Assembly (NCBI RefSeq): GCF_018350175.1
Contig: NC_058368.1
Span: 200,324,001 to 200,388,000 of the forward strand
DNA from: Felis catus
Taxonomy: Eukaryota
Reading direction: 5' to 3'
DNA length: 64,000 nt
Shown here: piece by piece, positions 1 to 12,552 of the stretch
Numbering within the stretch: position 1 is the first letter of the stretch
Layout: each line of letters opens with the position of its first letter
Made by a program: the position numbers and the translations under genes
Notes under the pieces: generated by a model
Told to the model about the DNA's origin: nothing
Database searches by the model: none
The model's input: only the letters and a program-made list of their open reading frames with translations

Positions 1-175
1 TTTTAACTGAAGTACTGAAATTTTTAAAAAATATGAACAGATTTATGTTATTGAATTCAATTAGTTAATTCCAATTGAAATGAAATAGAAAAAAATTAAT
101 TAGAAAACACAGAATAATTAGAAAGCTTACTCTTTAAGATTAAATAAGAGATAACAAACAATTGACTATATGTGC

Positions 176-178
<3 letters not shown>

Positions 179-220
<42 letters not shown>
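179..220. repeat. (TG)n microsatellite
   Basis: Uninterrupted TG run; explains the HTHTHT ORF at 140-322. Confidence 0.95.
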
Positions 221-225
<5 letters not shown>

Positions 226-852
226 CTGAGTGTGCGTGTGTTTCTATGTGCACACCTGTGCTGTGTGTATGTTTATGTCTCCCACTCAAAACTATTTTGG
301 GTTCAATGTGAAAATTTCTCATCTTCTGGTATTTGTAAGGATTAATATACCAGATTAGCTTTTCTACACCTCAAAAGGCAGAGAAAGCCAGACATAGGCT
401 TGAGGGGATAATTAGGTAACAAGGCAGTTATCTATTAAATGGAAATAAAATGCTAGAAGCTTTATAGTGACTGGACTCAGGAATTTAGAGCAACATTCTA
501 GAGTACCTCAGCTCAGTGGCAGCAAGGAAGATAGGAATGTGCTGAAGGGAGCAGGGGAGACCATGCTAGATTTCTAATTTTTCCTCAGACTGGGCTTTGA
601 CAGGGTGTCTGAAAAGCTAAGTATGCTTTTATCTTTCTTTTCTAATTCAATTATCACAATAGCTCAGTGACTAAGGCATTATTCCTACCTTTGAATATAC
701 TGAAATCTCAGAGTTAAATGGTATGTGACTTGCTCAGGATCTGAGATTTGAATCCAAATCTGGCCCTCAATTAAAAACCCTCTCTTCATTTCATTTCAGT
801 TGCTCTTGAATTGAGCTCTTTACAGATCAAAAAAGTTGGGCCATACTTTTTT

Positions 853-1067
853 ATTATTTTTAAAAATTAAAAAAATGTTTCTTTATTTTTGAGAGAGAAA
901 AGTGCAAGCAGGGGAGGAGCAGAGAGAGAGGGAGTGAGAATCCCAAGCAGTCTCTGCCCTATCAGCACAAAGCCTGATGTGGGGCTTGAACCCATGAACA
1001 GTGAGATCAGTACCTGAGCTGAAATCAAGAGTTGGATGCTTCACCGACTGAGCCACCGAGGTGTCCC
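853..1067 (-). mobile_element. Can-SINE (carnivore tRNA-derived SINE)
   Basis: Reverse complement of the gggcacc..ggtggctcagtcggt head, (CT)n and A tail; flanked by tgggcc(a)tacttttt direct repeats. Confidence 0.9.
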
Positions 1068-1162
1068 TGGGCCTACTTTTTTGTAAAAATTAACTTAAAA
1101 TCTTGACTTTGAAAAAACAGTGTTGACCAAGGATCATTTATAAGTGAGGTGGCAGGATGTGA

Positions 1163-1210
<48 letters not shown>

Positions 1211-1259
1211 GTCTGTGTGTACGTGCCTGTATGTTTTGAGACAGAGGATCAGCTTTTAA

Positions 1260-2156
1260 AAAATTTTAATATTAATTCCAGTGTAATTAATATACAGTGT
1301 TCTATTAGTTTCAAATGTATAATATAGTGATTCAGCAATTCTATACATTACTTGGTGCTCATTATGATAAGTGTATTTTTTATTTTTTCAAATTTTTATT
1401 TAAATTCTAGTTAGTTAGCATATAGTTGCAATATTGGTTCCAGGAGTAGAATTCAGTGAGTCATAAGTGTATTCTTAATCCCCTCATCCCACCCACCCAC
1501 ACCTACCTCCTCTCTGGTAACCATCAGTTTGTTCTCTATATTTAATAATTTGGTTAGTTTGTCTCTTTTCTTTCTTTGTTTTGTTTCTTAAATTCTATGT
1601 ATGAGTTAAATCGTATGGTATTTGTCTTTCTCTGACTGACTTATTTCACTTAGCATAATACGCTCTAGATCCATTCATGCTGTTGCAAATGACAAGATTT
1701 CATTCTTTTTTATGGATAAGTAATATTCCATCGTGTGCACGCGCGCGTGTGTGTGTGTGTGTGTGTGTGTGTATCTATCTATCTATCTGTCTATATATCT
1801 ATATATTAATCTATTGATGGACACTCAGGCTGCTTCCATAACTTGGTTCTTGGAATAATGCTGCAATAAACATAGGGGTGAATATATATTTCTGAATTAG
1901 TGTTTTTGTCTTTTTGGATAAATACCCAGTAGTGGAACTACTGGATGACATGGTAATTCTATTTTTTAAGTTTTTAAGGAACTTCCATAATGTTTTCCAG
2001 AGTGGCTGCACCAGTTTGCATTCCTACCAACAGTGCAAGAGGGTTCTCTTTCCTTGCCAACACTTGTTGTTTTTTGTGTTTTTTACTTTAGCCATTTTAA
2101 CAGGTATGAAGTGATATCTCATTGTGGTTTTGATTTGCATTTCCCTGATGATTAGA
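1260..2156 (-). mobile_element. 5'-truncated LINE-1 3' end (ORF2 C-terminus and 3'UTR)
   Basis: Minus-strand QPLWKT.W.FLK motif of the L1 ORF2 C-terminus; candidate TSD gatcagcttttaa / gattagctttttaa at about 1247 and 2157. Confidence 0.9.
1378..1462 (-). mobile_element. 85-bp LINE-1 3'-tip stub nested in an older L1
   Basis: Flanked by ataagtgtatt at 1367-1377 and 1463-1473; its reverse complement resembles the 3' end of the L1 at about 10490-10560. Confidence 0.8.
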
Positions 2157-2261
2157 GATTAGCTTTTTAAAAAAGGTATTTTTCATTATGTATTGAAATA
2201 ATATCACCACTGACTCAATCTGAAAATTATGTATGTCATATCATTTGAAATATTTGTTATG

Positions 2262-2662
2262 TGTTGTGTTAGGTGAGGCTGCCATAAGAAAATATCACAG
2301 ACCGAATAGTTTAAATAACAGAAATTTATTTTTTCACAGTTTAGGGGCCAGAAGTTCAAGATTAGGATATCACCAGGATTGGATTCTGTTGAAGTTTTTC
2401 TTTCTGGTTTGCAGATGGCCAACTTTTCAGTTAAGTCCTCACATGGCCTTTTGTGTGTGTGTGCGTGTGTGCGCGCGCGCGAACTGGTATCTCTTAGTCT
2501 TCTTATAAGAACTTAAGTGCTATTGGATTAGGGCCCAGCCTTATTACTTTATTTGACCTAATTACCTTCTTAAAGCCCTGTTTCCAAATATGGTCATATT
2601 GGAGGTTAGGGCTTTAACATATGCGGGGGGGGGGTGTGTGTGTCACAATTCAGTCTATACAT
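2262..2662 (-). mobile_element. MLT1-type MaLR solo LTR
   Basis: gctgccataagaaaatatcacagac...aacagaaatttatt...cacagt...ggccagaagttcaagat matches the reverse of the MLT1 3' end. Confidence 0.8.
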
Positions 2663-3159
2663 TGTGTACTATCAAAAATTTGTGAGAAGAATTAAAGAAT
2701 GCTAATTTTGATGTATGTATATGTGTGCACATGTATTGTGTTTATATAGAATTTATATCTGATGTTTGAGAAGTCTAAGTGGATTTTAACACATAAAAAA
2801 TGGAAATAATTTGAGATAGTTCCTGAGATTCAAAAGTTTCAACACTCCACCAATGATAGGTTACAAGATAAATTTGAGGCAGGTGTTAACAGCACAAACA
2901 AATCTCCATTTTAAAACTTCCAAGAAAAGTTTGGAAATGGGATAAGAAATATGTATGAAATAACTTTTTTTTTTCTGAAGTCTAAAATTTCTACTCATGA
3001 GTGCTCTGACACTGGAATGCCATGAATACTTTTAAAAAATAAAAATGCGTATAATTTAACACATATTTAATAGTTCTCTGATGTCTTAATATTTGGAATA
3101 TATTTGAAATATTTCATAAATATGTATTCAAATATCAAAACAGCAATTTCTTTAGTGGC

Positions 3160-3400
3160 AGTGCACTTCAGTAGTTGAGAACATAGGACACAGACATTAA
3201 CTTCAGACTCAAATCCTGGTTTCACCACTTATTAGCTAGCTATGTGACTTTGGAAAATCTACTTAATAGTTTTGTGTTTACATTTTTTCATCTGTAAAAT
3301 AAGGATAATGGAAATGCCTGTCTCTGGGGTTATAGCAAAAAGTCAATGAAATAACATCTGTTAAGTGCTAAGAATAGTATCTGGTTCAATAAATGTTAGT
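3160..3400 (+). mobile_element. MIR SINE
   Basis: tcaaatcctggtttcaccactta..gctatgtgactttgga..tcatctgtaaaat is the MIR core. Confidence 0.8.
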
Positions 3401-5212
3401 TCAAACAATTTGTGTAGCTAGCCTTCAAACAATTGGTGGTAGATCACTTTTAATAAAAATAAGATCATCTACTAAAGTATGTGTACTTTTTTGAATACCA
3501 AAACATATTTCTAATTAGATCTGTGTAATCTATTTACCATTGTATGTGTCTTTAGAGAAAAAGATATACTTTAAAAAGCATGAGAAAGTTTGTCAGTATT
3601 CTGGGTATAAACAATGTTTATTTCCTCAGGTGTTGAGAACTAAAATGTTACCCAAAGCAGGGGAGGAGTTAAGATGGCAGAGAAGTAGGGGGACTCTGGG
3701 CTTTCCTAGTCCCTTAAACACAGCTGTATTGAGGCCAGATTATTTGGAACACTGAGGAAATTGATCTGCGGAGTGGCAGAAGGATCTCCACAGTTGGAGG
3801 AAGACAGCTTGGCAGGTGCAAGGTGTGTGGATGTGAACTGGGGGAGAGAAAAACAGCAGTGGTGCAGAGAAGAGGGAACCATTTCCATGCAGTGACAAAA
3901 GAGAGAGAAAGAGAGGGGTTGAGACAATGCGACATCAAGTTAGCATAAGAGGAAAACGTCTCTGGATCACAGTCTGGGGAGTGAGAAGTACTGAGTGTCC
4001 CAGTTCTTTTTTTGCAAACAGCTTTTGGAACTCAGACTCTGAGGTTTTCGGAAGTGCGTGATTTTCTCTAGAGAAGAGCTGTGGCATGCACTCCTGGGGA
4101 GGAGGGACCTGTCCCCAGAATGTATAGCCTGGGATAGCAATCTCAAGAACATACTGGGAAAGAACATTCCCCTTGCTGGAGTACTTTTGGAAGAGGGTTT
4201 ATTGCCTCCCCAAGGACAAAAGACCCTGGAGGTGCCTTTCATCAACAGTAGAGAGGCTCTCCTCTGGAGGAGGGGAGAAGTACTGTGCTGTGCCAGGCTC
4301 TTTAAGATTTGGGGTTTTAAATCCCAGTCACAGGCCAAAAAAAAAAATAAGAGAGTTGTGGCACAGAGCAAGCTGACTGCATTTGCTATTCTGTGAGGGC
4401 TGCCTGAACAGTGGAGGTTGAGATCCCTGGGCCAGGGTCGAGAGATTGGGGTGGCACCATTTTCCCCCCAACACCAACATGGTAGGACTTCAGAGAGCAA
4501 CACAGTGGTCTCCGGTGGCGGTGGGACCCACTTACAAAACCCTGCCCCTCTGTGCCTGGAAAATGCTTATTTGCTGGGGCAAGACTGACTGTGAGCCAAA
4601 ACAGCTGGTCTCTCCTGCAGACCAGCACAGCCAGCATCCCCTAGTTGCCAACAGACAACTCTTTTTTTTTCTCTTTTTTTTCCTCCTCCTTTTTTTCTTT
4701 TGGAATCAGGGTAATAGTTCCTTATTTATTTTTTTTATTCATTTCCTTTTCTCTCTCTCACTCTCTGTCTCCCTTTTTTGGATCAGGCTTTTTTATTCTT
4801 GTCTTTTTTCTTCTTTTTTCTTTTCTTCTTTTTTTTCTGTTCTTTTTCTTTGGAATCAGCCTTATATAGTTTTTTGATTCTCTGTTCTTTTGGGTTCCCT
4901 TTCCTTTTCTCTTTTTTGGGGATCAGCTCCCTCCACCCTTTTTTTTTCGAGGGTTACTTCAACAAACAAATCAAAACACACCTAGCTAAAGATCCAAACA
5001 CTTAAGCACTGGAAGCAAGAAGGAGCCCTACAGAGTACTGATCAGTGGGAAAGAACACCCAAAACACAACAGCAGAGTGCACACAGCATACACGGGAAAC
5101 ACTTCCTGAAGTGCCAGGCCCTGGACAGTGTATGACCCTTTTTAATATAGTAGTTGTCTCTGGTGCAGGAACATAGCAAGCTTTTAAAACATACAAAAGA
5201 CAGAAAGTTAGC

Positions 5213-6080
5213 CAAAAAGACATGCAGAGGAATTCTTCCCAAAAGAAAGGTCAAAAAGAAATCATAGCCAGGGACTTGCTCAAAATAGTTATAAGCAATA
5301 TATCTGAATAAGAATTTAGAGCAACAGTCATACTGGCCGGGCTTGAAAAAAATCATAGAAGAGGAACCCTTGATACAGAGATCAGAGACCTAAGAACTAG
5401 TCAGCATGAATTAAATAATGCTATAACTAAGATGCAAAATAAACTAGATAGAGGGACAATGAGGATTGAAGAAGCAGAAGAGAGAATAGGTGAAATAGAA
5501 GATAAAATTATGGAAAATAATGAGGCTGAGAAAAAGAGGGAAAGGAAATTACTAGATTACCAAGGGAGATTTAGAGAACTAAGTGATTCCATAAAATGAA
5601 ACAAGATCCGTATCATAATAGTCCCAGAAGAAGAGCAAGACAAAGGGGCAGAAGGTTTATTTGAACAAATTATAGCTGAGAAATTCTCTAATCTTGGGAA
5701 AGAAACAAGCATCCAAGTCCAAGAGGCACAGAGAACTCCCTTCAAAATCAACAAAAACAGGCCAACACCATGACATATCATAGTGAAACTTGCAAAATAC
5801 AAAGATAAAGAGAGCAGCTAGGGGAAAAAGGTCCTTAGCCTACAAGGGTAGACACATGAGGTTATTAGCAGACCTGTCCACTGAAACTTGGCAGGCCAGA
5901 GGGAGTCCAGGAAATATTCAGTGTGTTGGATAGGAAAAGTATGCAGACAATAATCCTTTATCCAGCAAGCCTGTCATTCAGAATAGGAGAGATAAAGACT
6001 TTCCCAAACAAAAACTAAAGGAATTTGTGACCACTAAACCAGCCCTACAAGAAATTTTAAGGGGGACTCTCTGAGTGATG
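5213..6080 (+). pseudogene. L1 ORF1 remnant (coiled-coil/RRM nucleic-acid chaperone)
   Basis: EEAEERIGEIEDKIMENNE, EQIIAEKFSNLGKE and EAQRTP motifs, broken by stops and frameshifts. Confidence 0.85.
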
Positions 6081-6160
6081 AAAAAAAAACCACAAAAAAG
6101 AAACAAAGACTAGAAAGGACAGAGAACATCAATAGAAACACCAACTCTATAGGTAACACA

Positions 6161-9100
6161 ATGGCACTAAATTCATATCTTTCAGTAATCACTCTGAATG
6201 TAAATGGACTAAATGCTCCAATCAAAAGACATAGGGTATCAGAATGGATTAAAAAACAAGATCCATCTATAAGCTCCATATAAGAGACTAATTTAGATCT
6301 AAGACACCTGCATATTGAAAGTGAGGGGATGGTGAACCATCTATCATGCTAACAGATGTCAAAAGAAAGCCCAAGTAGCTATACTTACATCAGACAAACC
6401 AGATTTTAAACAAAGACTGTAACAAGAGATAAAGAAGGACATTATATCATAATTCATGGGTCTATTCATCAAGAAGATCTAACAGTTGTTAATATTTATG
6501 ACCCCACCGTGAAACACCCAGATATATAAATCAATTAATAACAAACATAAGAAACTCATTTATAATAATACCATATTAGTAGGAGACTTTAATACGCCAC
6601 TTAAAGCAATGGACAGATCATTTAAGCAGAAAATCAATAAGTGAACTGGTTTAAGACAAGATGGACTTTATAGATATATTCAGAATCTTTCATCCGAAAG
6701 CAGCAAAATACACATTTTTTTTAATATGAAATTTATTGTCAAAGTGGTTTCCATACAACACCCAGTGCTCATCCCAACAGGTGCCCTCCTCAATACCCAT
6801 CACCCATCCTTCCCTCCCTCCCACCCCCCATCAACCCTCAGATTGTTCTCAGTTTTCAAGAGTCTCTTATGGTTTGGCTCCCTCCCTCTCTAACATTTTT
6901 TTCCTTCCCCTCCCCCATGGTCTTCTGTTAAGTTTCTCAGGATCCACATAAGAGTGAAAACATATGGTATCTGTCTTTCTCTGTGTGACTTATTTCACTT
7001 AGCATAACACTCTCCAGTTCCATCCACATTGCTACGAAAGGCCATATTTCATTCTTTCTCATTGTCACACAGTATTCCATTGAAAATACACATTTTTATT
7101 GAGTGCACATGGAACATTCTCCAGAAGAGATCACATAATGGGTCAGAAATCAGCCCTCAACAGGTACAGAAGATCAAGATCATACCATGTATATTTTCAG
7201 ATCACAATACTATGAAACTTGAGATCAACCACAAGAAAAAATTTGGAAAGCCCTCAAATACATGGAGGTGGAAGAACATCCAACTACAGAATGAATGGGT
7301 TAATCAGGAAATTAAAGAAAAAAAAATACATGGAAGCAAATGAAATTGAAAACATGACATTCCCTTTGGAGTCCAGCAAAGACAGTCGTCAGAGGAAAGT
7401 ACATTGCAATTCAGGCCTATCTCAAGAAGCAATAAAGTTTTGAAATACGTGACCTAACCTTATACCTAAAGGAGCCATAAAAGGAGAAGTAAATAAAACC
7501 CCAAGCCAGCAGAAGAAGGGAAATAATAAAGATTAGAGCAGAAATAAATGACATAGAAACAAAAACACAGTAGAACAGATCAATGAAACTGAAAGCTGGT
7601 TTTTTGAAAGAATAAGCAAAATTGATAAACCCTTAGCCAGACTTCTCAAAAAGAAAAGAGAGAGGACCCAAATAGATAAAATGAGTGAAAGAGGAGAGAT
7701 CACAACCAACACAACAGAAATGCAAATGATTATAATATAATACTATGAAAAATTATATACCAACAAACTAGTAAACCTGGAAGAAATGGAAAACTTCCTA
7801 GAAACTCATATACTACCAAGACCCAAACAGGAAGAAATAGAAAATTTGAACAGACCCACCAACAAAGAAATGGAATCACTTATCAAAAATCTCCCAACAA
7901 ATAGGAGTCCTGGGCCAGATGGCTTCCCAGGGGAATTCTACCAGACATTTTAAGACGAGTCAATACCTATTCTTCTCAAACTGTTTCAAAAAATAGAAAT
8001 AGAAGGAAAGCTTTTAGACTCATTCTATGAAGCCAGCATTACCTTGATTTCAAAACCAGACAAACAAAAACAGAAACAAAACCTAAAAAGGAGAATTAGA
8101 GGCCAATATCCCCAATGAACATGGGTGCAAAAATTCTCAACAAGATACCAGCAAATCGAATTCAACAGTGCTTTAAAAGAATTATTCACCAGGATCAAGT
8201 GGGATTTGTTCCTGGGCTGCAGGGCTGGTTCAATATTTACAAATCAATCAGTGTGATACACATTAATAAAAGAGTAAGAACCATATGATTTTTTCAATAG
8301 ATGCATAAAAAGCATTTGATAATATGCTGCATTCTTTCTTGATAAAAACCCTCAATAAAGTAGGGATAGAAGGAACATACCTCAACACCATAAAAGCCAT
8401 ATATGAGAGGCCCACAGCTAATATCCTCCTCAATGGGGAAAAACTGAGAGCTTTCCCCTAAAGGTCAGAAACTCTATAGGGATGTCCACTCTCACCACTG
8501 TTATTCAACACAGTTTTGGAAGTTCTAGCTTCAGCAATCATACAACAAAAGGAAGTAAAAGGCATACAAATTGGCAAACAATTCTCAGATGACATGATAC
8601 TCTACATGGAAAACCTGAAAGACTCCAAAAACTGCTAGAACTGATAATGCAAATTCAGCACAGTTGCAGGATATAAAATCAATGTTCAGAAATTGGTTGC
8701 ATTTCTATACAACAGTAGTCAAGCCGCAGAAAGATAAATCAAGGAATCGATCCTTTTTACAGTTGTACCGAAAACCAGAAGATACCTAGGAGTAAACCTA
8801 ACGAAACAAATAAAAGATCTGTACACCGAAAACATTAGAAAACTTATGGAAGAAATGGGGGATGACATAAAGAAATGGGAAAATATTCCATGCTCATGGA
8901 TTGGAGGGACAAATATTGTTAAAATGCTGATGCTACCCAAAGCAATCTACACATTCATCCCTATCAAAATAACAACAGCATTCTTCACAGTGATAGAACA
9001 AGCAATTCCAAAATTTGTATGGAATCAGAAAAGACCCCGAATAGCCAAAGTAATGTTGAAAAAGAAAACCAAAGCTAGAGGCATCACAATTATGGATTTG

Positions 9101-10287
9101 AATCCATATTACAAAACTGTAATCATCAATACAATATGGTACTGGGACAAAAACAGACATGTTGATCAATGGATCAGAATAGAGAACCCAGAAATAGATC
9201 CACAAATATATGGCCAACTAATCTTTGACAAAGCAAGAAAGAGTGAAAAACAGTTTCTTCAGCAAATGATGCTGGGAATACTGGACAGCGACATGCCGAA
9301 GAAGGAACCTGGACCACTTTCTTACACGATACATAAAAATAAATTCAAAATGGTGAAAGACCTAACTGTAAGACAAGAAACCATCAAAACCCTAAAGAAG
9401 AAAATGGGCAGCAACCTCTTTGACCTCAGCCGCAGCAACTTCTTACTTGCCATGTCCTCTGGAGGCAAGGGAAACAAAAGCAAAAATGAATTATTGGGAC
9501 CTCATCAAATAAAAACTTCTGCACAGCAAAGGAAATAGTCAAAAAAACTAAAAGGCAATCAAAGGAATAGGAATATATTTGCAAATGACATATTGCATAA
9601 AAAGTTAGTATCCAAAATCTATAAAGAACTTATCAAAATCAACACCCCAAAACTAAATGATCCAGTGAATAAATGGGTAGAAGACATGAATAGACACTTT
9701 TCCAAAGAAGACATGCAGATGGCTAACAGACACATGAAAAGATACACAACATCACTCATTATCAGAGAAATACAAGTCAAAACCACAATGAGATACCACC
9801 TCACACCTGTCATAATGACTAACATTGACAACTCAGGAAACAAAAGATGTTGGTGAAGATGTGGAGAAAGCGGAACACTTTTGCACTGTTGGTCAGAATA
9901 CAAACTGTTGCAGCCACTCTGGAAAACAGTATGGAGGTTCCTCAAAAAATTAAAAATAGAACTACCCTATGACCCAGCAATTGCACTACTAGGTGTTTAT
10001 CCAATGGATACAAAAATGCTAATTTGAAAGGGCACCCCAATGTTTATAGAAGTGCTATCAACAATAGACAAATATGGAGAGAGCCCAAATATTCATTGAC
10101 AAATGGGTAAAGAAGTTGTGGTATATGTATAGATATAATGAATATATATAGTAGAATATTACTTGGTGATCAAAAAGAATGAAATCTTGCCATTTGCAAC
10201 AATGTGGATAGAAGTAGTGTGTATTATGTTAAGCAAAATAAGTCAGGGAAAGATTAATATATGATTTCACTCATGTGTGGAATTTAA
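6161..10287 (+). pseudogene. L1 ORF2 remnant (endonuclease, reverse transcriptase, CCHC)
   Basis: Starts [37 protein letters not shown] at about 8585 (FADD-box variant); KKWENIPCSWIG; CW*RCGE..LLHCW; ends MISLMCGI*. Many stops and frameshifts; ORF 8846-9538 is a fragment. Confidence 0.95.
6720..7082 (-). mobile_element. Younger felid-type L1 3' fragment inserted antisense into the L1 endonuclease region
   Basis: Perfect 15-bp TSD aaaatacacattttt at 6705-6719 and 7083-7097; same 3'UTR type as 31672-31863. Confidence 0.9.
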
Positions 10288-11276
10288 GAAACACAACAAA
10301 TGAACATAGGAGTCGGAAAGGAAAAATAAGTTCAAAACAGAGGGAGGCAAACCATAAGAGACACTTAAATTCAGAGAACAAGCTGAGGGTTCCTGGGGAT
10401 GAGGTGGGTGGGGGTATGGACTAAGTGGGTGATGGGTATTAAAGAGAGCACTTGTTGGGATGAGCACTGGGTGTTATATATAAGTGATGAATCACTGTGT
10501 TCTTCTCCTAAAACCAGTACTACACTGTATGTTAACTAACTTGAATTTAAATAAATAAATTTATAAAAATAAAAAACAAAATGTTACTTAAGGGTACAAA
10601 AGATATCCATGGGATGTATGGGATGCACCTTTGTGTGTGAAGTATATGGACCCTACAGAGTAGTACCAGGAAGCATGGTTTTTACCATTGGGTTCCTTTG
10701 GTCTTTACAGTCCTTTGGAAATCCTTTTGTAATTAGTTGAAGTTAAGAACTTAATGGTTAAAAGGAATTAGACTTTAATTCCACTAACATTTGTAGTGTG
10801 GTGCTCATTAACTTTTCTGAACTTGCCAGAGGCAATGAATTTGTAAAACTCTGCAATTCTGTGGGTGTTGTCTGTGGACTCCTGTCTCAGACCCTTTCAC
10901 TGGGTCCAGGAGATCAAAACTGTTTTCCTGTATTCTTTGCCTTTTTCATTGTGTTGACATTTGCCCTGATGATGCAGAAGCAATTGTGGATTAAACTGCT
11001 GGTACCATAATATAATTCAAGGCAGTGATACCAATGTGTACTGTCAGTTTCATTTAAGGATCTCTTCTATGAAGTAAAAATTAATAATTTTATGAAATTC
11101 TGATCTTTAGGATTTTAAGTATTCTGTGTGACAAACAAATTCATCGAAAGTACTTCTGCTGCATCCTAAATTATGAGGGTTGTTTTGTGAAAAGAATTTG
11201 TGTGATCACTGGAGGTACAAGCCAAATTTGTACCTTTTTCTTGGAGTACTTATTTGTGCTTTAAAACATAACTGAC

Positions 11277-11498
11277 CGGCGCCTGGGTGGCGCAGTCGGT
11301 TAAGCGTCCGACTTCAGCCAGGTCACGATCTCGCGGTCCGTGAGTTCGAGCCCCGCGTCAGGCTCTGGGCTGATGGCTCAGAGCCTGGAGCCTGTTACCG
11401 AATCTGTGTCTCCCTCTCTCTCTGCCCCTCCCCCGTTCATGCTCTGTCTCTCTCTGTCCCAAAAATAAATAAACGTTGAAAAAAAAATTAAAAAAAAA
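11277..11498 (+). mobile_element. Young cat-type Can-SINE (SINEC_Fc)
   Basis: CpG-rich and near consensus; perfect TSD taaaacataactgac (11262-11276 / 11499-11513). Confidence 0.97.
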
Positions 11499-11723
11499 TA
11501 AAACATAACTGACAAACTATGGTTATGCAGACTTAGGTACTTGGAAGATATTTCCTCAAAAGTAAGCAATATGAGTCTGTCACTTCAAGGAAAACAACGT
11601 GTAGAATATTTGTTACCAATGATAATATTTGCACTTTCAAACACAAATTAGAATCTCTGGCTTGTATATGATACCTGCCCAATACTTAAAGGCTTTTCAA
11701 ATGTGATCTCTAGTGATCTCTCC

Positions 11724-11771
<48 letters not shown>

Positions 11772-11843
11772 TTATTTATATATGTATGACAGTTTTGGCA
11801 TTATATAAGTAGATGTGTCAATTATTGGAACATCTGCATAACT

Positions 11844-11879
11844 CAGTATTTTCCAGAGACCCAGTATTTTCCAGAGACC
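11844..11879. repeat. 18-bp tandem duplication
   Basis: cagtattttccagagacc twice. Confidence 0.9.
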
Positions 11880-12446
11880 AGTTCATGATGCTACAAAATC
11901 ATGCATGGGTAAAAGGTTCATTCAAAGTGATAAATATAATATAAAGTCATTTAATTTCCAATGTATTAAATGTCAATAGATATAATCCATATAAACAAAA
12001 TGCTTTAGGATCCTCAACATATTTTAAGAATGAAAGGGATCTGAGACTAAAATGTTGGTAAACCTTTAATAAAATCTGAATTTATCCTGGAAGCTGGTCC
12101 CATGATGTGGATGTTAGACATTGGTAGGGTCACCTTTGTTCTGTTGCATTTTGTCATTCACTGCATGCCAGTTCATGCCAGATCTGAATGAGGAACATCA
12201 CAAGGCCACTGGCATGTAACTGGACTTTCAGAACTTTCTATTTCTAAAAGAGTAAATACATTCTTTTTAATCTCTACATCTATCAAGTCAGTCCTCAATG
12301 GTAATACCCCTTTACACTTAACAAAATGCAAACTCATATAATAATCTAATGACTCTCTCCTTTTTGTTGTTATCCTGTATAGCCGTCACATATTTCTAGT
12401 ACATCATGAAAGTTCAGTTTAAAACTTTTAAATTAAAAAATCTACA

Positions 12447-12552
12447 GAGGTGCCTGACTGGCTCTGTTGGAAGAGCATGCAACTCTTGATCTCGGGGTCG
12501 TGAGTTCCAGCCCCATGTGTGGGTAGAGGTTACTTAAATCTTTAAAATAAAA
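12447..12552 (+). mobile_element. Short tRNA(Lys)-like Can-SINE lacking the CT tract
   Basis: gcctgactggctctgttggaagagcatgcaactcttgatctcggggtcgtgagttccagcccc retains A- and B-box-like segments. Confidence 0.85.

Larger units (their letters stand above)
3658..10577 (+). mobile_element. Full-length, inactivated carnivore LINE-1
   Basis: 5' ggggaggagttaagatggc (YY1-type head), about 1.5 kb 5'UTR, ORF1, ORF2, 3'UTR, AATAAA and A tail; diverged TSD aaaatgttacccaaag (3642-3657) / aaaatgttacttaagg (10578-10593). Confidence 0.95.
10855..12066 (+). mobile_element. Charlie1-type hAT DNA transposon, internally deleted
   Basis: Transposase remnants DICPDDAEAIV (cf. DICTDGA.AM), KVLLLH and LRYLEDI..SLSLQGK; 3' end gatataatccatataaacaaaa..ctgagactaaaatgtt. 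Confidence 0.8.

Noticed and set aside
3967..4503. 178-aa antisense ORF in the L1 5'UTR as an ORF0 analogue
   Set aside because: Starts at GTG, has no recognisable motif and lies in a decayed L1. Only conservation across sister copies would rescue it.
4446..4877. Phe-rich membrane-protein-like ORFs
   Set aside because: Translation of the T-rich L1 5'UTR tract.
8846..9538. 230-aa ORF as a host gene
   Set aside because: Fragment of L1 ORF2 that runs out of frame.
12447..12535. Functional tRNA-Lys gene
   Set aside because: Degenerate boxes and stems and a SINE-type tail; better explained as a Can-SINE.
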